This document shows, one piece after another, positions 13,626 to 25,183 of a stretch of 64,000 nt of DNA (positions within the stretch are counted from its first letter, which is position 1; each line of letters opens with the position of its first letter). The translations under genes and the position numbers were made by a program. The DNA lies in the NCBI RefSeq assembly GCF_030028105.1, contig NC_092370.1, positions 176,090,647 to 176,154,646 of the forward strand, given 5' to 3'. This DNA is from Mobula birostris. Taxonomy: Eukaryota. The notes beneath the pieces were generated by a model. It had not been told where the DNA came from. It made no database searches and was given only the letters and a program-made list of their open reading frames with translations.

Positions 13626-13779
13626 CAGTCAGTGAGTTGCACCAGATTCCAGCATTTGCAGCCACTTCCTTTCTCTAGCTGTCACTGACTTTTTGGCGGC
13701 TTCAGATTCAGTTCTAATCCACGTTAATCGATCTAACTATTTATTCCACTTCTCCTTTTGCGGATGTTATTTCCAGTCG

Positions 13780-14064
13780 ACTGGAACTACAACTCCCAAG
13801 ATGCGGCGGCCGGCCGGCTGGTTGCTAGGAGCCCGCGCGTCGGGTTAACGAGGCCAAGAACGAAGATCGGAAGAGCGGAAATTAAGACTGAAGTGTGATG
13901 CCGACAAACTCTGCATTCACTTTGCAAGATACGAGAACAGGTGGCCGCTCCATTTTTTGCGGCAAGAGGCGGGGCCCTGTCAATTGGCGGCGATGCGGCA
14001 GCCGGAAGTGTGGCGGCCGCAGTTTTGTGTGTGGTAGCGGCAGCTGGATGAAAACATCGTGAAC
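13780..14064 (+). promoter_or_regulatory. vti1b CpG-island promoter
   Basis: ZNF143/SBS-like ACTACAACTCCCAAGATGC (13786-13804), ETS CCGGAAGTG (14002-14010), GC box near 13966, CpG-rich, no TATA box. Confidence 0.75.
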
Positions 14065-14161
14065 ATGTCCTCGGAGGAGTTCGAGAAGATGCATGAGGCG
14101 TACATAGGGGTTTATGAGGAGTTGAGGAGCCAGTACGAACAAGTGACCGGGTGCTCAGGAG
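14065..14161 (+). CDS. vti1b: vti1b coding exon 1
   Basis: ATG 14065, MSSEEFEKMHEAYIGVYEELRSQYEQVTGCSG, donor G|gtgagt, in a CpG island. Confidence 0.9.
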
Positions 14162-17100
14162 GTGAGTAACTGAGTATTCGGACCCCAACTTCCGCTTTTC
14201 ATGGCGACGGAGTCTAGGCCAATGGAGCAAAACTGTGCTGACGCTGCGGGATGTGTTTACTCTTTGCTCGGAATGACAACAATAAAATACTGATTTTCCC
14301 TAAGCAAAGTGACTGCAGGAATCTGATGACAAAGCAGAGTGAATTGCACATGCTGGAAATCTGAAATAAAATAGTATTTTCACAAACAAGAAAATCTGCA
14401 GATGCTGGAAATCGAAGCAACACACGCAAAATGCTGGAGGAATTCAGCAGGCCAGGCAGCGTCTATGGAAAAGAGTAAACATGTAGACCTTTCGGGCCGA
14501 GACGCTTCATTAGGACTGGAATAGAAGATGAGAAGTCAGAGCAAGAAGGTTGGGGGGGGGGGGAGAAGTACAAGATGGTAGGTGAAAGCGGGACGGGGGG
14601 GGGGAAGGTGAAGTAAAGAGCTGGGAAGTTGATTGGGTTGGGGGGGAGGTCAGAAGACCATGGAAGAAAGGGGAGGGGCAGGTAAGGAGATAAAGTGTGA
14701 GAGGGAAACAGGAATGGGGTGGGGCCAAGTTACCAGAAATTTGAGAAATCAGTGTTCATGCTATCACTTTGGAGGCTACCCAAACAGAATAAGGTGTTGC
14801 TCCTCCAACCTGGGTGTGGTCTCATTGCAGCAGTAGAGAAGGCCATAGACTGGCATGTCAGAATGGGAATGAGAAGAAGAATTGAAATGTCCCGCTTTTT
14901 CAGTGAAGCTGTCTGCCAATCTACATCGGGTCTCACTGATTTGCAGGATGCCACACTGGGAGCACTGGATAATGACCCCAACAGACTTGGAGATGAAGTT
15001 ACGCCTCATCTGGAAGGACTGTTTGGGGCCCTGAATGGTATTGAGGGAGGAAGTGTAGGTGCAAGTGAGGCACTTGCTCCACTTGCAAGAATAAATAGCA
15101 GGAGGGAGATCAGTGGGGAGGGAAGAGCAGAGAAGGGAGTCACGTAGGGAGTGATCCCTGCAGAAAGCAGAAAGTGGGGGAGAGAGAAGGATGTGCATGG
15201 TCGTGGGATCTCTTTGAAGATAACAAAAGTTACGTAGAATTATGTGCTGTAAACTTCAAACTTCCGATAATTGCCCTCCTCTCCTTTCGCGTTCCCCATT
15301 CTTGTTTCCTTCTCTCACTTTATCTCCTTACCTGCCCATCACCTCCCTCTGGTGCTCCTCCCCTTCCCTTTCTTTCATAGTCTTCTGTCCTCTCTTATCA
15401 GATTCCCCCTTCTCCAGCCCTTTATCTCTTTCACCAATCAACTTCTCAGCTCTTTATTTCAACCCCTCCACTCTCCTGGTTTTGCCTGTCACTTATTGCC
15501 TTGTATTTCTTCCTCCCAACTTCTTACTCTGACTTCCCTTCCTTTCCTGATGAAGGGTCACGGCCCAAAATATCAAATGTTTACACTTTTCCATAGATGG
15601 TGCCTGGCCTGCTGAGCTTCTCCATCATTTTGTTTGTATTGCCCCAAAATAACATTTATTGGAAATGCTCAGGTCATGTAGCGTCTGTGAAGAGATTGGA
15701 AGATCACTGCAGATGTTGGAACTCTTGACCAACACACACAAAATACTGAAGGAATTCAGCAGGTCAGGCAGCATCAATGAGCAGTCGGTGTTTCAGGCTG
15801 TTGTCATCAGGGTCTATGACCAAAACGTTGACTTTTCATATCCCTCCATAGATTTTGCCCGACCTTCTGAGTTCCTCCAGTATTTTGTATCTGAAGATCA
15901 TTGACTCTCTTGCTGTCTCCATACTCATTGCCTGACCCACTAACTTTTCCCAACATTTTCAGTTTTTCTTGCAGCATTCAAAAGAGAGTGGAAACTCTTC
16001 TGGCAGTTCCCAGTGGATTCCACTTTATAAACTCTGCTTTTGCTGAGATTCAAAAATTATCATTCCAACACGCATTTGATATTTTTACTCCATAACAAAC
16101 CATTTCTGACTACCTCTTTTATTTTCCACTCAAATAATAGTTAGTACTGATTCATTCCAATTCATCATGCCTTTGTGGCTGTCTTACATTAAATTGGTTC
16201 CAGTCACTGCCAGGTCTCTTGTCTCAGTTTCTTTTCTGATTATTCTTCTAAACTCAAAGGTAATCAGAATCAGGTTTATTTCCACCGGCATGTGACGTGA
16301 AATTTGTTAACTTAGCAGCAGCAGTTCAATGCAATACATAATCTAGTAGAGAGAGAAAAAAGAAGTAATAATAAATAAACAAGTAAATCAATTACATATA
16401 TTGAATAGATTATTAAAAAATGTGCAAAAACAGAAATACTGTATATTTAAAAAAGTGAGGTGGTGTCCAAAGCTTCAAAGTCCATTTAGGAATTAGATGG
16501 CAGAGGGGAAGGAGCTGTTCCTGAATTGCTGAGTGTGTGCCTTCGTGCTCCTGTATCTCCTACCTGATGGTAACAGTGAGAAAAGGGTCCTGGAAGTCTT
16601 TAATAATGGACGCTGCCTTTCTGAGACACTGCTCCCTAAAGATGTCCTGGGTAATTAGTATGCTAGTGCCCAAGATGGAGCCGACTAGATTTACAACCTT
16701 CTGCAGCTTCTTTCAGTCCTGTGCAGTAGCCCCCTCCATACCAGACAGTGATGCAGCCTGTCAGAACGCTCTCCACGGTACATAGAAGTTTTTGAGCTTA
16801 TTTATCGACATGCCAAATTGTTTCAAACTCCTAATAAAGTATGGCCGCTGTCTTGCCTTCTCTATGACTACATCAATGTGTTGGGACCAGGTTAGAGCCT
16901 CAGAGATCTTGACACCCAGGAACTTGAAGCTGCTCACACTCTGAGTAATCTCCCCTCATAATACAGCCTCATAACCCCCCCACCCCATCATAGAAGTCAA
17001 ACCTTTATCACAATATACTTTTCCTTGGAGGCCAGACATGTATAGGATAGTACTGGTGGCAACAAATCACTCTTATTGATTTAAAAAAAGGATTTTCACC

Positions 17101-20100
17101 ACACAAAATGTATCTGTACTCTTGCCATCCTCAAGGATTTATTTATTTAAGTGATGTGTATGCAACATGGACTCCTGATTCAGGAGCTGCATGGAAGGTT
17201 TAGATAGTAACGCAAGTGATTTGATTCCTTAATGTGGTTGGAGGGAGATCCTTACATCAGTATTTCTGTTTTCAGAATCAGCTTTATTATCACTGACCTA
17301 TGTTGTGAAAGGTGTTGTTTTGCAGCAGCGGTACAGTGTAAGACAAAAAAAGTATTAAAAGTTACAAAAATGAATAGTGCTAAAGAGAAATAATGAGGTA
17401 GTGTTCATGGACCATTCATCCCCTCAGTACTAATCAATAAGCTTCAAAACCCGATGAGTCCTTAAACATGGCCTAGTCCACCGACACAAAGCAGATCCGT
17501 AGCCTCTTGTCTGCCTTCCATGATTATCTCTTTGTTGTTCCTACCGCTGGTACCTTGCTGTTTAGTCTTTGGCATGTAGTAGGACAGCCAGATAGTCAAA
17601 CTTCCTGAAATGCAGTTCATGGTTGGAACATTGGAAAGTTTTTGGCAAGAACAGGCCATTTGGCCCACCAAAGCTTGCCAAATTCCTAATCACATAGTGT
17701 GTTGAAATAACTATTGAGTTTAGATTTGAAAGTCTCTAGGGTGCTACTCTCAATTACACAACTAGGTTGCTTGTTCCTTGTGTTAGTCATCCTTGATAGT
17801 AAAGCAGCAGTAGTCGAGTGTTGGGTATTCTGATGCTGCAGGTTATTTGCTGCTCGTAGTTGGGTAGAGATTTCTTCAATCTAGCCTGACTGAGGTCCCC
17901 AGGAAGGATGTGAAAAGCTCAGGGCAAGCCGTTCCTTGTTTCACGGCCACTCAACTGAGTGCTGGCTCGACATCTGCCTTTGGCAGAATGTAAACTGTAG
18001 TCAGTGCACAGCAGAGAACTCCCTCGGTAAGAAGAATGGTTGGCACTTAATCATTAGCTGATCCAGATTGAGACAATATGAGTGAGACAAAACCAATATT
18101 TCCAAGTACCATGTTGAGTTTATCATGAAGCAGATGTTTCTGCCTCTATGTTTTCCTGACGGGGCTGTCCAGTCAATCCAGTGGATTAATTACTCCCTGG
18201 GTTTAAGTGTGTGTGTGTGTTGGGGGGGAAGGGGGGAAGTCATTGAGTCATGTCTCAGTGAAATAGAGAATGCAGCAATCCCACATTTCCCTCTGACGTA
18301 GCAATCTTAGGTCCTTCATTTTTCCCTCCAGGGATTGTACACTTGGTAGCCAGTTTATTAAGTATACCTGTTTATTAATGCAAATATCTATTAGCCAATC
18401 ATGTGGCAGCAACTGAATGCATAAAAGCATGCAGACATAGTCATAGTCATACTTTATTGATCCCGGGGGAAATTGGTTAATGGAGACATGGTCAAGTAGT
18501 TCAGTTGTTGTTCAGGCCAGATATCACAATGGGGGGAAAAATATAATCCAAGTGACTTTGACCATGGAATAATTGTTGGTGCCAGACAGGGTAGTTTGAG
18601 TATCTCAGAAACTGCTGATCTCCTGGGATTTCATAGGCAACAGTCTAGAGTTTAGAGGATGGTATGAAAAACCAAAAAAAATCCAGTGAGTAGCAGTTCA
18701 GTGGTTGAAAATGCCTTGTTAATGAGAGGTCCAAGGAGAATGGCCAAACTGATTCAAGGTGACAGTAACTCAAATAACCTTGTGCTACAATGGTGGAGTG
18801 CAGAAGAGCACTTCAGAATGAAAACACATCGAACCTTGAAGAAGATGGGCTACATCAGCAGAAACCTGCAGGAGGAATGTAATCAAGTGGCCACCGAGTT
18901 TATGTTGCCCAGGACGATGCTAGGGATTGGTGGCCATGTTCCCTGTCACTTCAGTCTGGCCTTAAGTTTCACCCTCCTCCCCCACTCCCAGTAACCACAC
19001 TTCCTGGAACAATCATGGCTATTCCATGGTCTCCTGGTGCCATACCTGCATCCCTGAGATCCTTCAGCATCATCCGATTTTAAAATCACTAATGCATTTA
19101 GACGATACAGAAGTGTTTCTTAAAAGGTAACTGTGGGCTGGGAATTGCAGTAACAGTTCAGATGTATATCCAGCAACACACATAAAAGTTGCTGGTGAGC
19201 ACAGCAGGCCAGGCAGCATCTCTAGGAAGAGGTACAGTCAACGTTTTGGGGCGAGACCCTTCGTCAGGACTAACTGAAGGAAGAGCTAGTAAGAGATTTG
19301 AAAGTGGGGGGGGGGGGAGATCCAAAATGATAGGAGATGACAGGAGGGGGAGGGATGGAGCTAAGAGCTGGAAAGTTGATTGGCAAAAGGGATTTGAAAG
19401 GATCATGGGACAGGAGGCCTACGGAGAAAGAAAAGGGGGAGGGGGAATCCCAGAGGATGGGCAAGGGGTATAGTGAGAGGGACAGAGGGAGAAAAAATAT
19501 GTATTATAATAATAATAAATAAATAAATAAATAAATAAATAACAGATGGGGTACGATGGGGAGGTGGGATATTAATGGACGTTAGAGAAGTCAATGTTCA
19601 TGCCATCAGGTTGGAGGTTACCCAGACAGAATACAAGGTGTTGTTCCTCCAACCTAAGTGTGGCTTCGTCTTGACAGTAGAGGAGGCCGTGGATAGACAT
19701 ATCAGAATGGGAATTTTTTTTTTGTGAATTGCCTGCAAAACATCGCCATCTACTGCCACTGCCATTTTTTTTGCCACCATTGAGTACATTTCCCATTGAG
19801 AATCACAGAAGCCTTGGTTCCACACCACCAGGTTCATGAGCAGTTATTACCTTACAAACATCAGGCTCCTGAACCAGCGTGGATAACATCATGCACCATT
19901 ACTCTGAACTGATTCTATGACCAAGGGACTCGCTTTCAAGGACTCATTACAAGTCTTGTTCGCAGTATAAACACAAAAAGATTCTGCAGATGTTGGAAAT
20001 CTAGAGCAACACACACAAAATGCTGGAGGAACTCCCCAGATCAGGCAGCATCCATGAAGAGGAATAGAGTCGATCCCTTGGCCAGAAATGTCAGCTCTTT

Positions 20101-23100
20101 ATTCCTCTCCATAGCTGCTGCCAGACCCGCTGAATTCCTCCAGCATTTTGTGTGTGATGTTCAGTATTTTCATTGGCACAATTTGCCTTCTTTTGCACAT
20201 TGGTTTTTGTCAGTCTTTGTTTATGTAGTTTTTTTTGGGTAAAATTCTGTTGTATTTCTTTTCCTGTAAGTGCCTCAAAGAAAGTGAATCTCAATGTATA
20301 TAGAGTAACTTTGACAAATTTACTTTGAAAATCCGGACCTCTCTACATGCCTCTGCAACTGTATCTTGGGTTTATCAGGAGACCAGCCAGTGCAGATTGG
20401 TAGTACTATCTCCTAGCTGACAGTCAACATAGGCACATCTCAAGTATGTGTGCTTAGCCCACTACTCTACTGTCTCTGTACACGGGGTGGCATAGTAGCA
20501 TAGCAGTCAGTGCAATCACTTTACAACGCCAACCATCACTGATCAGGGTTTGATTCCGCCTTTGTCTGTAATGAGTTTGTAGGTTCTTCCTGTGGCTGCG
20601 TGGGCTTCCTCTAGGTCAGGGGTGGCCAACCTTTTACATTCCGTGTCAATTTTTTCACGCATGAGTTCAGATGTGCCATACTCTTGTACCCCCATTCAAT
20701 TCTTGTAAAAATGCTAATATAGACATATTTAGCATTTTTATATGATATCTTGATTTAATATAAAAACAAGATAAACGTTACTTACCTTCATGAGACTTAA
20801 CAAATATGTCTTGATTTCTTCCTTTTTCCTAATCACATATTCTTTCCGTAACTCAGACCCAAGCACTAGCTTCAGTTTTCCTTCTATTTCAGTCTGATGT
20901 TGTGTTTTATAATGTCCATTAAGATCATGTCTTCTATTATGTGAGAAAGTGTTTTCACAAACAATGCACAACGGTTTTCCTGATGGACTCGCTATAAATA
21001 AGAACTCATTTTCCCACTGTTCATTGAATTCATGCTTACGATCACTTTCTGCTTTTCTTTTGCTCATTTTCTTTTGCACTGTGATGGGTAACTGAATGTA
21101 AGAACAAGGCTTAATTTTCGATCAAGTACAAAACTGCAAATGTTGACAAAGGACGAACAAAGCACAACTCCGTAGCTCATGAGTGTCAATTGTAAACTGA
21201 GTGGCAAAAACCTGCGACACACCGCTAGTGCAGATGCCTGGCGCCTCAGAATCAAACAAGTATCAAATGTGTGTTGAACAGTTACGGAATGACTGCAGAA
21301 CCAAAGTCCTTTCCTAGTTTGACTCATTGAACATTTTTTTAAAAATTGAAAACATTACTAACGTGAAAGAAGATAACATTCACCAAAAGATGTGCACAAA
21401 ATAATAAAATCACTAAAAATAATTTTCTGCAAATCGGTTTTTGGTTAATACTTTTTGCATGAGTAGGCTTACTTTCTTATTATCACTGGGGTGCAATGCG
21501 CTATTCTAATCATCCAATGCACCACTTTTGACGCACACGCCATAGGTGGGCCATCCCTGCTCTAGGTGTTCGAGTTCCCTCCCGCATTTCAAAGACGTGC
21601 AGTTAGGGTTAGCGAGTTGTACGCAATCTGAGTTGCTGCCAGAAGTAAGCACTTGCAGGCTGCCCCCAACACAAACCTTGGACTGCACTGGTCAACTGAA
21701 AAACAACACATTTCATCATTTTGATATAGATGTGATAAATAAAACTGATCCTCATACTCCTAGCTGTATGGCCAGGCACAGCTAAACACCTTTTTAGATG
21801 CAGTTACTCTGGTTAAATGGGAATACAAAGTACAGTAATTTACCATTGATAATCCATTGCATTTAGAAATTATCAATGACGTGTTATCATTATAGTTGCA
21901 AAAGGTAGTACCAGTTAAAAGATTTCATACTGTAATCATAAATATCTGCAGACTGGATAAAATGTAGTAATCAATGTCTAAGAATGTAAATAAGTTACTG
22001 CCCAATATGCACCTTGTACTAAGAGATTTTAGACACCTTGTTTCTGCTTTCTCCAGTAACTCAATAGCATCAACAGAGTTAAAATGTAAAAGGAAATTCA
22101 AGATTTTTGTTGGAATAGAGTTTGATGGTGATAATAGGTTTGTAAGAGTTGGATCATGCTACAACCTTATTACAATAGTGCTTTAACAATTATTTTATAT
22201 TATACAGAACTGAAGAAAAGATTTCTACGGGAGATAGATGAAAAAGCTGAAGAAGCAAATGAAATAGTAAGTAGTGAAGAGATTTGTCTTTTTTTAAAAA
22301 AAGTTATGGTTATGCTAGTTGCTATTGCACGAGTGTTTGCCAAGTTAATCCTGTTTCTAAATATTGGTTCTCATTTGTAAATTTGCACTCTTATTCTTGG
22401 ATACCATCATTCCTAGTTGGATGGAATGGAGAAGGAAATAAGAAATGCACCATTATCATATCGTAACCAGATGAATATCAAAATCCGATCGTACAGAAAA
22501 GAGGTCAGCAAGTTACAGCGGGATGCAAGAAATAGTGATGCTGGGTATGGAGCACGTAGTGACTTCAAGTATGCAGTGTACAGGGCTGAAAATGAACAAA
22601 GTGTAAGTACTGCAGCTACAGTATTGTATCATGAGACTTGAAATTAAGTCTGTTTGCATTGTATGTTTATTGACAATGAATTCCATATGGAATATTCCAT
22701 TTATTCTACAGTATCTTTTACCTTGCCAGTAGCACATATTTTATATGTTACTTTATTTAGTAGACATCAGTAATTTAACAATATTATAGATAATTTGACA
22801 CCCTAAGATGCTGGTGTTAGATGCATCATGAGCCGTCATATTTTGTTTCATTGTGATTAACTTATTTGCACAAACAATCTGCAGAGACTCTTAAGATTCT
22901 GTTAGTTCGCATCGTGTTGAGGAGCTGGGTCCACTTGTCATTCATTTTAAAATTGGTGGCAACTTGCTTATCTATTCAGCTTCTCATTATTTTGTCTTAA
23001 TATGATAGCCGTATGATAAAAGCCATCAAAGAGTAACGTAATGGAGTATGTGAGGATGGGTCTACTGAACATATAGCGTATATTGATTGGGTTGAATATT

Positions 23101-24304
23101 GAGTATGTTCTTCTAGACAAAATCTTGTGAAACTGAACTTAAGTTTTTCAAAAATTCCTGTTCCTTTTCATTAGGCTATGCCTAACTTTGGAAAAACCTT
23201 TAACAGTTTTTAAAGTAGGTTCCAACAACTGCATTTTGTTGCAGAATCATTTAGCCTCTCAGCGTGCTTTGCTATTGCAAGGTTCAGACAGCCTCAACAG
23301 AGCCAGCCAGAGCCTAGACCGTTCACATCAAATAGCAGCAGAGACGGATCAGATAGGTTCAGAAATAATTGAAGAACTGGGAGAGCAAAGAGAACAGCTG
23401 GAACGTTCAAAAGACAGGGTAAGTCTTCATTAGGTATGCAAGTACGAAATTTATTTGGGAAATAACTGAATAGAAAATACTCCCATCTGAAAATGTATGC
23501 ATTATGAACAAAAACAAAGGAGCAAGATAATAATTTTGTTTCTGTTCTGAAGCTAATTAACACAGGTGAGAATTTAAGCCGAAGTCGGAAAATACTTCGC
23601 GCCATGTCCAGAAGGTAAGAGTGCAGAAATTTGACAAACAGCCAACTGTTACATCAGACAAGTTTGTACTTCACACTTTCCAAAGCAAACCCCTCCCCTC
23701 CACCACTCAATTGTTAATAAATTTCAGTGGAAAAAGCCGGGAATATTTTCTGCTGCCAGTACTATCCATATATAAACAATTATAGAAGAGTAAATATTTT
23801 TTTCTGTACTCTGCATAAATTGAGTGCTGACACATTGTTAAATTTCGATTCTAAAGAATTGATTTCAAAGCTGGTCCTTCAGACACAGATGTGCACCTTT
23901 TCCCACTTAGTTTCAGGGAAGCTGGGTAAGAAAAGCTTATCATACAAACTGGTTGTAAAGCAGGCATTTTAAAACCAACTAAAAACTACTCAAGTCTGTT
24001 CTGATGGGCATCCAGAGAAAGTCACTCACCTAAAATTTAAAGATCAGAAATTATTGCTGTCTACTTTAAGGCTAGACGGATCATTGAACAACTTGGAATA
24101 AATATGTGAAATGTTCTTCAGCCTTGTTACAAAAACTAGTATTTGACCTAGGGTAATAATTTACTCTTTCAATGCAAGCCTAAAAGTTGATGTTTTGATC
24201 TCTCTAGAATTATGACAAACAAACTGCTACTGGGTATTATTATTCTTCTGGAAGTGGCAATCCTTGGAACCGTTGTATACCTCAAGTTCTTTCGCAAGCA
24301 CTGA
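14065..24304 (+). CDS. vti1b: Vesicle transport v-SNARE VTI1B, complete 6-exon CDS (join 14065-14161, 22208-22266, 22417-22602, 23245-23418, 23553-23614, 24208-24304), 224 aa
   Basis: Manually spliced at GT-AG sites; 675 nt, open frame. MSSEEFEKMHE...ELKKRFLREIDEKAEEANEILDGMEKEIRNAPLSYRN...QRALLLQGSDSLNRASQSLDRSHQIAAETDQIGSEIIEELGEQREQLER...NKLLLGIIILLEVAILGTVVYLKFFRKH: Habc domain, Qb-SNARE motif and C-terminal TM, recognisable as VTI1B. Confidence 0.96.
14382..15640. mobile_element. Penelope-like element with inverted 3' duplication, in vti1b intron 1
   Basis: Minus arm carries a decayed GIY-YIG (VGVIIQCSQCG..ISETRCRL, LEEQHLI); plus arm about 15255-15640 mirrors 14427-14745. Confidence 0.8.
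15710..15890. repeat. Short pLTR fold-back element
   Basis: Arms 15738-15779 and 15847-15888. Confidence 0.7.
16262..16942 (-). mobile_element. Rex1/Babar LINE 3' fragment
   Basis: Antisense of the VESVLTGCIT / LQKVV region; (ATCAGA)n tail. Confidence 0.75.
17780..18330 (-). mobile_element. Rex1/Babar endonuclease-region remnant
   Basis: CCILYFTET and PFFLPREFS remnants. Confidence 0.55.
18340..18900 (+). mobile_element. Tc1-like non-autonomous element
   Basis: Imperfect TIRs of the CACTCRGTGGCCACTTTATTA type with TA flanks; transposase remnant (gactttgacc...attgttggtgccagac). Confidence 0.65.
19170..19710 (-). mobile_element. Penelope-like 3' fragment with pLTR and (AATA)n expansion
   Basis: Close match to 35189-35720; [24 protein letters not shown]. 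Confidence 0.85.
19970..20160. repeat. Short pLTR fold-back element
   Basis: acacacaaaatgctggaggaactc...gaattcctccagcattttgtgtgt. Confidence 0.75.
20484..21750 (+). mobile_element. tRNA-derived V-SINE (HE1-like), interrupted by a hAT element
   Basis: A/B-box-like head (ggtggcatagtag; ggtttgattcc); V-domain gagtttgta.gttct.cc.gtg.ctgcgtggg.ttcctc...ttcc.cccgca.ttcaaagac. Confidence 0.7.
20617..21559 (-). mobile_element. hAT (Charlie/SPIN-like) deletion derivative
   Basis: Perfect 8-bp TSD CTCTAGGT; TIR CAGGGGTGGCCAACCT (14/16); N-terminal zinc finger FNEQWENEFLF...GKPLCIVC...HYKTQH. Confidence 0.9.
22208..22266 (+). CDS. vti1b: vti1b exon 2
   Basis: tatacag|...(E)LKKRFLREIDEKAEEANEI|gtaagt, 59 nt. 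Confidence 0.93.
22417..22602 (+). CDS. vti1b: vti1b exon 3
   Basis: tcctag|LDGMEKEIRNAPLSYRNQM...ENEQS|gtaagt. Confidence 0.94.
23245..23418 (+). CDS. vti1b: vti1b exon 4 (SNARE motif)
   Basis: ttgcag|NHLASQRALLLQG...ERSKDR|gtaagt. Confidence 0.95.
23553..23614 (+). CDS. vti1b: vti1b exon 5
   Basis: ctgaag|LINTGENLSRSRKILRAMSR|gtaaga. Confidence 0.94.
24208..24304 (+). CDS. vti1b: vti1b exon 6 (transmembrane anchor, stop)
   Basis: ctctag|IMTNKLLLGIIILLEVAILGTVVYLKFFRKH*. Confidence 0.95.
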
Positions 24305-24552
24305 TGCAAATTATGCATGCGTAGATAGGCTACAATGCTTGAGATTCACAGTTGAAGATGATTTAACTACATGGGACTACATAAACCGATGAACAATTTT
24401 CATGTATTTAACCTGCTTAGAGGACTTCACTGCAAGACCCACCCCATTACAGGAGTTGTTTTTACAAAGGTGAAGCAGTTTAAAGTTGCATTCAATCAGT
24501 AGTTCTTTAAATGCTACTGCCAATGACTACATTGTAGCGATGTGCATAAACT

Positions 24553-24561
24553 TTTAATAAA
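24553..24561. terminator. Overlapping poly(A) signals: AATAAA (+, 24556-24561, vti1b) and ATTAAA (-, 24553-24558, arg2)
   Basis: TTTAATAAA between the two stop codons; GU-rich tract downstream on +. Confidence 0.6.
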
Positions 24562-24989
24562 GTCATTTGATATGTAACATGTCCTATTGGTCTTGAATGC
24601 AAGTTTCTGTTGAGAGGAAAACATACAAGTTATTAAAAGGTATGCTCCAGGATTTTGGGAAGTAGTATTAGCAGTTTTACACAAGAGCAGAGCCTTTACA
24701 GATTTGACTTTTCCTGCCAGAATTCCCTCTCCCTCTACACAGTTGAATAGGGAAGTGAAATCAATTCTATTCATACTGGAATGTTTGAAAAGCTCAGAGC
24801 TGTAGGTTGTTCATAATACCTGTAGATAATTGAGATATTAGGCAATGGTCTGAGAACAATGCCTCATGAGAGAATCCCAATGAGAAAGAATGTACAGCAA
24901 GGCAGCAGTTACACAAAATACCCCAAAGTACTTTCTCAGAGTTCTGAATTTTGGGTTTATACAAACAGCCAGCTTGTCTTTAGTCAGTT

Positions 24990-25183
24990 CTAAAGCCGTA
25001 CGGTCTGTTCACTTGTTGTATCAGGAGCTGGTATTTCATCACATTTGCCATGAGATCCTTCTCGTGCCTGTCCCAAAGAAAAGGAAATAATATCCACGGC
25101 GATGTTTACTGTGGAATTAAGTTCTTTATCTGTAGTTGCAAGATGAGGATTGACTTCCACCAGATCCATTGCAGACAGCATTC
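24990..25183 (-). CDS. arg2: arg2 exon 8 (stop)
   Basis: atgcag|[14 protein letters not shown]...QTVRL*. Confidence 0.95.

Noticed and set aside
13787-14230. 147-aa minus-strand ORF
   Set aside because: Antisense to the GC-rich vti1b promoter and exon 1; no recognisable domain
20484-20560. tRNA gene
   Set aside because: Decayed A/B-box head of a SINE; no cloverleaf
23716-24102. Intronic AATAAA in vti1b intron 5 giving a soluble isoform
   Set aside because: Expected by chance in an AT-rich intron; no further support
24993-25001. Arg2 C-terminal VRL as a peroxisomal PTS1
   Set aside because: Not the canonical [SAC][KRH][LM]; human ARG2 ends similarly (VRI) and the N-terminus is a mitochondrial presequence
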